Of a stretch of DNA of 31,322 nt, positions 24,621 through 31,322 are shown piece after piece. Position numbers and translations under genes: made by a program. The notes beneath the pieces were generated by a model. That model saw nothing but the letters and a program-made list of their open reading frames with translations. It did not search any database and had not been told where the DNA came from. The DNA comes from a bacterium (GTDB taxonomy: Bacteria > UBP18 > UBA7526). Location: contig JAUWYL010000015.1 of the NCBI GenBank assembly GCA_030615855.1, forward strand, positions 1 through 31,322. Reading direction: 5' to 3'. The stretch's first letter is position 1, and every line of letters begins with the position of its first letter.

Positions 24621-25021
24621 TTAAATACTAAGGTAGGCCAGATCTTTTCTAAGACACCCTTCTCCAGCACCAGAATCTTCTTTATGTCCTCTTTCTTTAT
24701 CTCCACGCTCTGGGGACGTCTCACTACCTCTGGCTTCTCCAAGACAATTCTCTTCCCTTTTTTAGACTTCACGGTTCCTACTACTTCACAGCCCGGGGTC
24801 CTAATGAGTACTTTCTCCCCCCTCTTTAGTTCCCCTATCTTTTTCTCTTTCACCATACTGGGCAGGCACATAGAGATTATTCCGGGATAGAGAGGGACCT
24901 GCTTATGGGTCTCCCAGATCTCTTTCAATACCTCAACCACCAGGGCTGGGTTCTTATACTTCTGGATGAGATTTATCATCTCTTTCTTTAGATTGGGATA
25001 ATCCGATTCCTGAAAGGTCAT
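24575..25021 (-). CDS. Hypothetical Lys-rich small protein (translationally coupled to upstream P-loop kinase)
   Basis: 148 aa; SD GAGGAGGGAG; ATG overlaps upstream stop (ATGA); C-terminal codons lie within an ATTCGTGT repeat array; no recognisable domain. Confidence 0.5.
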   Translation of the reverse strand: MTFQESDYPNLKKEMINLIQKYKNPALVVEVLKEIWETHKQVPLYPGIISMCLPSMVKEKKIGELKRGEKVLIRTPGCEVVGTVKSKKGKRIVLEKPEVVRRPQSVEIKKEDIKKILVLEKGVLEKIWPTLVFKEHESTRTIKGRRKK

Positions 25022-25677
25022 TTCTCCCTCCTCAACGCGGATTTCTTTTTGCTGCTTACTGCTTGGGTAATCTTTTCTACTATTCCCTTATAGTGGGCCA
25101 TCCCGTTATAATCGGTATTGACCACTACTATTGGTATCTTTGATTCTTTTCCAAATCTTAGCAGATCATCTCTATCATCGTGAAGATAGGTCTCTTCCAT
25201 CTCCTCACGTGGTACCAGATGGTTATCCACTCCCGCAGCTAAGGTCGCCTCATGCCTTCTCACATTCCTCCTCCAGCAGGTCTCAAAGGAACAATCAATA
25301 TAGACAATCAAGGATTTATCTATGATTCCCTTATCAAAGTTTTTCAGGGAATGGACATAGTTTGAACGGGAGAACTCAATGAAGATCATCCTTCCCTTCT
25401 TATCCAGTTTCTTCACATCCCTATTCACCTCTTTTAGGATGTCATCCCAGACCTTGGGATCGGTAACTTTATATCCCCCATCCTCTGTCGGTTTACATCT
25501 CTTAAAATTTTTGTCGTTTACGAAAATATTCCAGAGTTTTGGGAAGTCATCCACCCTGACAAATTCCTGGGCAAAGCCTTCCTTCTTTAATCTTGGGGTA
25601 AGCCTCCTATGTAACTCGCTCTTTCCACATCCCGGCCTGCCCAACATAAATATATTCCTGCATTCTTTCTTAGCCAT
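25018..25677 (-). CDS. P-loop kinase, polynucleotide-kinase (T4 Pnk kinase domain)/AAA_33-like
   Basis: Walker A 'MLGRPGCGKSE' 10 aa from N-terminus, downstream 'RVDD' and Arg-rich lid 'WRRNVRR'; start taken at ATG 25675-25677 (SD GAGGG); the ORF-track first codon is TTG. Confidence 0.6.
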   Translation of the reverse strand: MAKKECRNIFMLGRPGCGKSELHRRLTPRLKKEGFAQEFVRVDDFPKLWNIFVNDKNFKRCKPTEDGGYKVTDPKVWDDILKEVNRDVKKLDKKGRMIFIEFSRSNYVHSLKNFDKGIIDKSLIVYIDCSFETCWRRNVRRHEATLAAGVDNHLVPREEMEETYLHDDRDDLLRFGKESKIPIVVVNTDYNGMAHYKGIVEKITQAVSSKKKSALRREK

Positions 25678-25778
25678 CAACCCTCGCTTCGTTCGGGAGT
25701 TTATAGTTGAGCGGCGCGTTTTACTTGCCCCGCTGGTGAATAACTGTTATTCAATTTACCCGTTCCCCCGATTTATCG

Positions 25779-25815
25779 GGGTCGCTGTTTACCGTAAACC
25801 GTACACCGTTAACCT
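25779..25815. repeat. Dispersed ACCGT-family block GTTTACCGTAAACCGTACACCGTTAACC preceded by hairpin CCCCGA-ttta-TCGGGG
   Basis: 27-nt identity with ~14783-14809. Confidence 0.8.
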
Positions 25816-25821
25816 TGCCCT

Positions 25822-26799
25822 TCATTTAAAAATACTATTTAGATAATCTGTCTCATCCTGCAAAAGCTTTCTAGCATTAATGATTTCTTGCGGATCCCTC
25901 ACTGCAGTCTCAACGACGATCAGTTCCACCCCTTTTTCCTTTATAATTTCAGCAAACCTCTCTAAGTTCTTCTTCTTCAGGGGGCCCCTCTGGTAATGGA
26001 GGGGGGGATGGAACTTCTTGATCTTGGGGATATAGTCATTGAGATGGATCTCCTTCAAGAGTTCCGCTGGGATCTTTTCCAGGATGCTTTCTGGGGGGTC
26101 TGGTATCTCCTTGGGTGGTGTTCCATCCGCCCTAGTAAACCAGTGGCCGATGTCAAAGCAGTAATAAATCTCCAACCCCTTCTTCTTCACCTCCTCAATT
26201 ACCGGATAGATCTCTTCTGACTCCACGAAGACGATGTCAAATACGGTGTTATTCTCAATGTGAAAGGAGATCCCCATCTCCTTAGAAGCCTGGCTCAATT
26301 CTATAAGGCTCTTGATGAGGCTCTTCTTCAAATCCTCTTGATACTGGGGGCCGGCCTGATAGAAAGGAACAGTGCCTGGATGCATGATGGCATTGATCGC
26401 TCCCACTCCTTCAGCAAACTTCAAGTATCTCTTCTGCAGGGTAACCGCTAATTCCCGGTCCACCTCCTGGAAGGCACAGGTGCTCGTAGCAACATAGGTA
26501 TAGGGGAGATGTAAAGAAATGGTAATTCCCGATTCCTGGGCCGTTTGCCTTACTCTTTCGATCTCTTCCTCACTCATCTCCAAGAAGGGGTTGGGCACCC
26601 CGCCATCCAGTTCTATATGATCCAGGCCGATCTCCTTAGCTACCTCTATCTGTTTAGGGATATCTCTCTTGGACTTTATCTGGGTCAGGGCGTCCAAGTC
26701 CGGAACATCTATCTCACCCCTCTTAAATCTCTCTCTATCCTCTTGGCTTACATAATCTAACTCTAAGAGATTAGTAAAGTTCCTTCCGATTCTAATCAT
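25822..26799 (-). CDS. Xylose isomerase-like TIM-barrel protein (sugar-phosphate isomerase/epimerase or Endo IV-like family)
   Basis: Metal-ligand pattern 'SLHLP', 'MHPG', 'HIEN', 'FDIGHW', 'HLND'; start taken at ATG 26797-26799 (SD GGAG); the ORF-track start is GTG. Confidence 0.65.
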   Translation of the reverse strand: MIRIGRNFTNLLELDYVSQEDRERFKRGEIDVPDLDALTQIKSKRDIPKQIEVAKEIGLDHIELDGGVPNPFLEMSEEEIERVRQTAQESGITISLHLPYTYVATSTCAFQEVDRELAVTLQKRYLKFAEGVGAINAIMHPGTVPFYQAGPQYQEDLKKSLIKSLIELSQASKEMGISFHIENNTVFDIVFVESEEIYPVIEEVKKKGLEIYYCFDIGHWFTRADGTPPKEIPDPPESILEKIPAELLKEIHLNDYIPKIKKFHPPLHYQRGPLKKKNLERFAEIIKEKGVELIVVETAVRDPQEIINARKLLQDETDYLNSIFK

Positions 26800-26818
26800 T
26801 TTTCTCACTCCGTTCGAG

Positions 26819-26925
26819 GGTTTACTGTTGACCGTTTACGGTAAAAAAAACCGCCTCTCGTTTTCACTCGAGACTGGGCGATCCTGAATGAAATGAAGGA
26901 CCGTACACCGTTAACCGTAAACCTT
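26819..26925. repeat. ACCGT-family element: GTTTACTGTTGACCGTTTACGGT...(A)8...GACCGTACACCGTTAACCGTAAACC
   Basis: 23-nt identity with ~14794-14816; upstream of the TIM-barrel gene. Confidence 0.75.
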
Positions 26926-27788
26926 TATTTCTTCAAATATTTTCCAATAAGAAGTTCTAGTTCCTTCTTCCTCTTCTCTGGTATGGCCTCTTTCTGAGTA
27001 ATAACGGCAGTGGCTAAGGCAGTGGCACAGGAACATTCCCTCTTATCTGGTATCCTGGGAATGATCGCTCTAACAAGTTCCTTTGCTTTTAAGGCATTTG
27101 CCTCTAAGTTTTTTATCACGGTCGCAACGCTCACTTCTTCTGTCACATGCCACACATCATAATCCGTAACCAGAGCCACTGTGGCATAGCAGATCTCTGC
27201 CTCTCGGGCAAGCTTCACCTCCGGAAGGTTGGTCATCCCAATGACCTCCACCCCCCAACTGCGATATATTCTGGACTCTGCTCGGGTAGAGAAGGCTGGC
27301 CCTTCGATGCAGAGATAGGTTCCGCCCTTATGTATCCGGTATCCCAAATCCTTGCCCGTTTCATATAGTATCTTGCTCAAGATTGGGCAGTAGGGGTCAG
27401 CGAAGGAGATATGAGCCACTATCCCATCCCCAAAGAAGGTAGGGACCCTAATCTTCGTCCTATCGAATAACTGATCGGGGATGAAGAAGTCCTGGGGCCT
27501 GATCTCTTCCTTCATGCTTCCCACAGCAGAAAAGGCAATGATCCACTCCACCCCCAGAGATTTCAGGGCATAGATATTGGCCTTATTGGGGAGTTCTGTG
27601 GGCATAATCCTATGACCCCGGGCATGACGAGGTAGAAAGGCCACCCTCTTCCCTTCCAAAGTACCAGTGATTATGCTATCTGAGGGCTCCCCGAAGGGAG
27701 TAGAGGGCTTCACCTCCTTCATATCCTCTAAGCCCTTGATATCATATAATCCCGTTCCCCCAATCACCCCGATCTTAATCTTCTCCAT
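26925..27788 (-). CDS. mtnP: S-methyl-5'-thioadenosine phosphorylase (PNP/MTAP family)
   Basis: 287 aa; 'IGVIGGTGLYD', 'FGEPSD', 'GMTNLPEVKLAREAEICYATVALVTDYD'. Confidence 0.8.
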   Translation of the reverse strand: MEKIKIGVIGGTGLYDIKGLEDMKEVKPSTPFGEPSDSIITGTLEGKRVAFLPRHARGHRIMPTELPNKANIYALKSLGVEWIIAFSAVGSMKEEIRPQDFFIPDQLFDRTKIRVPTFFGDGIVAHISFADPYCPILSKILYETGKDLGYRIHKGGTYLCIEGPAFSTRAESRIYRSWGVEVIGMTNLPEVKLAREAEICYATVALVTDYDVWHVTEEVSVATVIKNLEANALKAKELVRAIIPRIPDKRECSCATALATAVITQKEAIPEKRKKELELLIGKYLKK

Positions 27789-27789
27789 A

Positions 27790-29259
27790 TCAGAAACTCC
27801 TCAAGTTTTCCGAGCGATCAGAATTGATCTTGTACTTCTTGAGAATCCTCTGGTTGGCTTCCTGGACCTTGTCTCTCTCCAAAACTATCTCATAACCCCG
27901 CTCATCTACTATGGTGTGATATCTTCCTTCATAATCCTCAAAGGCTCTTACCAGATCTTTCATAGTAGAAATCTTCTTGCCATTGACATAAGAGATTGCA
28001 TTATACTTCCAGTTGTGATAGCCCACATTGACTTCATCAGCCAGGACCTTCACCAATACAATCACCTCTCTCCGCTCCTCTGTTGGCTCCCCCTCATAGT
28101 AGTAATTGACCAGATTTCGCGGGGCCTCACCCCACCACTCTCTACCCCATTCCTTCAGAAAGTTTCGGGTAAGGGGCTCAAATACTAGACCACCTAAGAT
28201 GTAATATGTTGGGGCTACATCATACTGTGCATGGGGTACTAAGCGCCAGGTATCTAAAGGTAGGGAGAGTCTAATCTCAACGCTCCTAATCTCTTTTTCT
28301 CTCAGGATCTCAAATCCGACTGGGTCATTGATATACTTCTTCTGTACTAAGTAGCCAAAGGATGTCCGCTCATCCTTCCTGAATTCTATGGTTCCATCGT
28401 TTGCGATATTCTGGCTATCGATGGAGAGGATTATGTCTCCCGATTTCAATATCCCTCTGGCGGGAGAACCAGGATAGATTTTATTCACCAGTATCCCGGT
28501 CTGTTTCTCAGTCATGTTAAACTTAGTTCTCAGATCGGGATTCTCCATCTTCTGCCAGGAGATTCCCAGGCCCGGTATCCCATTATACTCACCATCCTCA
28601 ATATCCTTTAGGAAATGGTTAATGACCGGGACGGGAACCATATAGCCGATATTCTCACCAGATCCCGCCTGAAAGGCCACCCCCACTATCTTATCATCCT
28701 TAATCACCGGTCCCCCGCTACTTCCCGGATTGATGGCGGCATCGATCTGACAGGTGAGCAGGTAGGCCTGGCTGTGGGTATATCTCTGGTGTTCTACCCG
28801 GGAGACCACTCCCTCAGTGATGCATAATTCATCGCCGCCTCTTGGAAAGCCATAGACCGCCACCCTATCCCTGACTTCTGGCAGGCTCCCCATCTCCAGG
28901 GGTCTGATGCCCGAAAAGAACGAGTCATCACTAACCTTGAGAATAGCCAGTTCACATTCATGGGCCACTATCTCTACCTCTGCGGTATATCTCTTCGCCT
29001 CTCCAGCACGTCTGACCTGAATGAATGTCTGGTCACCTACCACATGGGCATTGGTCAGGATCCGGTTGCCACTAATGATACATCCCGAACCACTGCGCCT
29101 CCTCTGACCCGACATCTGCCAGGGATCATAGTAATCATGTTCATTATATACTGTGTAGATCTTTACCACAGCCTCCTTTACCTCTCTTTTGGCGAACGAT
29201 GATGAAGTGATAAGACAACCCAAAACCACTATCAAGATAATCTTTGAAAATGATCTCAT
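27790..29259 (-). CDS. Secreted trypsin-like serine protease with PDZ domain (HtrA/S1C-like)
   Basis: 489 aa; signal peptide (possible lipobox 'VLGC'), catalytic triad context 'TNAHVV', 'DLAILKV'-like, 'GSSGGPV'; PDZ-like region 'GILVNKIYPGSPARGILKSGDIILSID'. Confidence 0.7.
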   Translation of the reverse strand: MRSFSKIILIVVLGCLITSSSFAKREVKEAVVKIYTVYNEHDYYDPWQMSGQRRRSGSGCIISGNRILTNAHVVGDQTFIQVRRAGEAKRYTAEVEIVAHECELAILKVSDDSFFSGIRPLEMGSLPEVRDRVAVYGFPRGGDELCITEGVVSRVEHQRYTHSQAYLLTCQIDAAINPGSSGGPVIKDDKIVGVAFQAGSGENIGYMVPVPVINHFLKDIEDGEYNGIPGLGISWQKMENPDLRTKFNMTEKQTGILVNKIYPGSPARGILKSGDIILSIDSQNIANDGTIEFRKDERTSFGYLVQKKYINDPVGFEILREKEIRSVEIRLSLPLDTWRLVPHAQYDVAPTYYILGGLVFEPLTRNFLKEWGREWWGEAPRNLVNYYYEGEPTEERREVIVLVKVLADEVNVGYHNWKYNAISYVNGKKISTMKDLVRAFEDYEGRYHTIVDERGYEIVLERDKVQEANQRILKKYKINSDRSENLRSF

Positions 29260-29271
29260 CTCTTCCTCAGT

Positions 29272-30675
29272 TTAACTCTTGAGATAATCCAGGCCCAGGT
29301 CTATGGCGATCTCCCTCTCCCTCTTCTTAAGTCCATTCTTGTCTGCCCGCAAGGAGAGATCCTTTAACTGTTCATAGAATCTGAAGAAGGCCAGTATGGC
29401 AGTGGGGGTGGGAACGGGTGCCGTCCGGGTATTGCATTCTGCCGCCCGGCTATGGCCTCCTCCAGTAATCAAGTCTGGAAAGCCATACTTCCTCACCAGC
29501 CTACTGGCCAGAGTATGGCAGATTTTACCACAGTGTATCCTATCCGAGGTGGCACGAAGGGAGAAGTGGGTTCCTCCATCAGGCTCCTTATTGATCATGA
29601 CTAAAAGGACATGCTTCTCACTCGATTCCTTAGTGAGATCATGGAGCTTCACCGAGCCCACCATGGGCAGTAAGGGAACATTCTCTCCAATGAAGAGCTG
29701 GATGGCCACCCGACCCATCTTCCCTATGGAGATGGTGGAATCTAAGAGGTGGCTAGCGCTCTCCCAATCCCTTAAATAATATTTGTATAGTTGCTGGATG
29801 ACCCAGCGATAGGGAATTTCTCCTGAGAAGTGATCGAGCCTCTTTAGATTCGACATCTTAGGGTTTCTTCTTCCATACTTGGATAAAGAGGTAAAGACCA
29901 GATCTACCTGGTCCACCCCCTTTAAAGACTTCGCTCTATCGTTATAGAAGTACTGGAAGCCTCCACCGCATGTTCCATGGATGAGTTCTGTGATCCGGGA
30001 AAGAAGAGAGGTCTTCTCCCTCTGGGTAATATCGAACATGGTGGGTCTGGACTTCAGAGGGGTGAGCAGGTTCTTGAAGTTCTTCTCATATGTCTCATAG
30101 AAGGATTGGGCGAATTTACTCACCTCTCCTGTTGCCGGATCGATGGCAAAGTCTCCCTTCAGGCCGATGAAGCATAGAAAATCATCATAATCCTCTTTTA
30201 AACCCAAGGTAGTAGCGATCATGTGGGTGAGAAGTGAGGTGGAACACATGATATACTCTTCTGCTTGAGGATTGCTATTAGGGTTATAGAGGAGGCACTT
30301 CTTGGGAGGTCCTTCGGGGAGATCGGGGAAGTGATGATCGATGACTACGATATCCTTTATGATCATGGTGTGTTCGTCATAGTAGCTGGTAGTCCCCTTA
30401 TCCAGAATGAAGAGAAGCTCGTATTTCTTCTTTACTGTAGAGGCTAATTGTTCCTTAGTTAGTATATAAGAAGGGGGAAAGAAATAATCAACCTCTGCCC
30501 CCAATTTATCCAAGAGACGCTTTAAAATAAGGGCGGAAACGATCCCATCCGGATCGTCGTGGCTTACTATGAGACACCTCTGTTCCTTTGTGACCTTTAT
30601 ACGCTCGACAATTTTTTCTAATCCTTCAGAGGATTTAATCTCTTTCTCTATCCACTCGGTATAGTCCTGGGCCAT
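29272..30675 (-). CDS. DHH/DHHA1 family phosphoesterase (NrnA/RecJ-like)
   Basis: 467 aa; 'SHDDPDGIVSA', 'VVIDHHFP' (DHH), C-terminal DHHA1 'GGGHSRAA'. Confidence 0.7.
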   Translation of the reverse strand: MAQDYTEWIEKEIKSSEGLEKIVERIKVTKEQRCLIVSHDDPDGIVSALILKRLLDKLGAEVDYFFPPSYILTKEQLASTVKKKYELLFILDKGTTSYYDEHTMIIKDIVVIDHHFPDLPEGPPKKCLLYNPNSNPQAEEYIMCSTSLLTHMIATTLGLKEDYDDFLCFIGLKGDFAIDPATGEVSKFAQSFYETYEKNFKNLLTPLKSRPTMFDITQREKTSLLSRITELIHGTCGGGFQYFYNDRAKSLKGVDQVDLVFTSLSKYGRRNPKMSNLKRLDHFSGEIPYRWVIQQLYKYYLRDWESASHLLDSTISIGKMGRVAIQLFIGENVPLLPMVGSVKLHDLTKESSEKHVLLVMINKEPDGGTHFSLRATSDRIHCGKICHTLASRLVRKYGFPDLITGGGHSRAAECNTRTAPVPTPTAILAFFRFYEQLKDLSLRADKNGLKKREREIAIDLGLDYLKS

Positions 30676-30705
30676 TCTACACCTCGCTTACGCTTGGAAT
30701 AATTA

Positions 30706-30832
30706 AGGAAATTAGTTGGATTGGGTGGATTAGTTCAACCTTGCCCACCTACGAGGTGGGACAGGTTATACGTATTCTCATATTTTTTTGTCAACTTGTA
30801 TCCTTGTCAACTTCTGGTTACTGGTTACTGTT
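30706..30832. repeat. Intergenic region with GGATTAGTTGG-family copy (30706-30740), perfect hairpin CCCACCT-acg-AGGTGGG (30744-30760), TTGTCAAC direct repeat and a CTGGTTACTGGTTACTGTTC copy (30813-30832)
   Basis: Read directly; matches the families at 20154-20213 and 18136-18166. Confidence 0.7.
30765..30810 (-). promoter_or_regulatory. Candidate sigma70-like promoter for the DHH phosphoesterase gene (two TTGACA boxes on the minus strand, TATAAC -10)
   Basis: Minus strand reads AAGTTGACAAGGATACAAGTTGACA-(A)7TATGAGAATACG-TATAAC; spacer ~18-19 nt, so weak. Confidence 0.25.
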
Positions 30833-30863
30833 CAATTATAAAACTGTTGGACCATATATTGAT

Positions 30864-31124
30864 TCACTTCGACTTTTCTATTTTGTCTTTTAGTTCCTTT
30901 AGTTCTTTCTTATAAGCTAAAGCTAATGCAGCAACATAATAGCGTAGAATAGCGCCTATAAATAGTACGAAACCTAGAAACCACCATGGAAATGTATAAT
31001 CTATTACAAATGTACCCCATACGAGAACTAGGAAGCATAAAATTGCTAATATCAGATTCCACAATTTCTCTTTCTTTAGTTCTTCTACTATCCTTTTCTC
31101 TATTGGTTTCCACCCTAATTTCAT
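30864..31124 (-). CDS. Small membrane protein (two predicted TM helices)
   Basis: 86 aa; hydrophobic segments 'LWNLILAILCFLVLVWGTFVI' and 'WWFLGFVLFIGAIL'; strong SD GGGGGTG upstream of ATG 31122-31124. Confidence 0.5.
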   Translation of the reverse strand: MKLGWKPIEKRIVEELKKEKLWNLILAILCFLVLVWGTFVIDYTFPWWFLGFVLFIGAILRYYVAALALAYKKELKELKDKIEKSK

Positions 31125-31322
31125 TTATTTCACCCCCTGTCTTTTTTAATTTTTACTTATCTTATCATACTCTAAATCGGTATGTCAAATATTTTTTCAA
31201 TTTTGAGGCCAATTAGTCCTCAGAAGGCTCGTAAGGGATCCCATCTGCTGCTGGAGGAACCGCTCTTCCAATGGCACTTGCCAAAACAACCAAGGTTAAT
31301 AGGTAGGGAATCATCTGGACGA

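Noticed and set aside
405-28188. Numerous plus-strand ORFs in the six-frame track (e.g. 405-695, 1728-1946, 2669-3070, 6863-7432, 7436-7990, 12551-13039, 14188-14775, 16788-17141, 17328-17756, 24570-24890, 25379-25846, 27667-28188)
   Set aside because: All lie entirely inside well-supported minus-strand genes with recognisable domains. They have no SD/start context and compositionally odd translations (Ser/Pro/Leu-rich), so they are antisense shadow ORFs.
30910-31113. 67-aa minus-strand ORF overlapping the small membrane-protein gene in another frame
   Set aside because: The overlapping 86-aa frame has a strong SD (GGGGGTG) and clear transmembrane character. The 67-aa frame has neither.
1-31322. 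Possibility that the window is a synthetic/refactored construct, given the unique-sequence spacers at each junction
   Set aside because: Native features argue against it: 4-nt translational-coupling overlaps, GTG/TTG starts, in-CDS repeat insertions and SD sequences embedded in the repeats. Repeat families are also shared with non-BMC regions of the window.
31217-31322. Possible 3' end of a further minus-strand gene running off the right edge (…VQMIPYLLTLVVLASAIGRAVPPAADGIPYEPSED-stop)
   Set aside because: Only ~35 codons are visible and there are no recognisable motifs. It cannot be distinguished from a chance open frame.
1-31322. tRNA/rRNA/ncRNA genes
   Set aside because: No cloverleaf-compatible segments or rRNA-like conserved blocks were recognised by eye. 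The intergenic spacers are fully accounted for by the repeat elements.

Overview
This 31.3 kb window is entirely co-directional. All 33 credible genes are on the minus strand, and the plus-strand ORFs are shadow frames inside them. Several genes overlap by 4 nt, and several start on GTG or TTG. Read in the direction of transcription (high to low coordinates), the window contains the following:

- **Upstream block (31124..21524):** a small two-TM membrane protein, a DHH/DHHA1 phosphoesterase, a secreted HtrA-like serine protease with a PDZ domain, MTA phosphorylase, and a xylose-isomerase-like TIM-barrel protein. Next comes a cassette with two different polynucleotide-kinase-like P-loop proteins (a T4-Pnk/AAA_33-like kinase and a Clp1/Grc3-like kinase) around a small Lys-rich protein. 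A membrane sensor diguanylate cyclase (HAMP-GAF-GGDEF) follows.
- **Bacterial microcompartment (BMC) locus (~21476..11120):** about 10.4 kb of the sugar-phosphate/aldehyde type. It encodes a BMC-H shell protein, triosephosphate isomerase, the phosphotransacylase PduL, acetate kinase, three BMC vertex (EutN/CcmL) paralogs, a CoA-acylating aldehyde dehydrogenase, a PduS-like Fe-S flavoprotein, a PduT-like tandem BMC-T shell protein, RpiB and deoxyribose-phosphate aldolase. Five of these proteins carry N-terminal amphipathic encapsulation-peptide-like helices. The aldolase N-terminal extension also carries a canonical 4Fe-4S CxxCxxCxxxCP motif. An SH3 lipoprotein gene is inserted in the operon.
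- **Downstream block (11044..44):** glyA, a class-I aminotransferase, NfnA/NfnB-like ferredoxin:NADP oxidoreductase subunits, a GNAT-like protein, a thiolase-like/DUF35 pair, glutamate dehydrogenase, hisF and a TrpE/PabB-family enzyme.

The feature that no annotation explains is a pervasive set of short-unit repeat elements. They sit at nearly every gene junction of the BMC operon and elsewhere. Each is 2-5 tandem copies of a 7-10 nt unit plus copies of its reverse complement, often at ~10 bp phasing. Several families are dispersed through the window with 23-27 nt identical blocks. Four instances are inserted in-frame inside coding sequences (TrpE-like, NfnB, PduS-like, and the small Lys-rich protein). 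The locus content resembles the BMC loci described for candidate phylum Atribacterota (OP9/JS1), but that taxonomic guess is inference only. Repeat coordinates are approximate (about ±2 nt).
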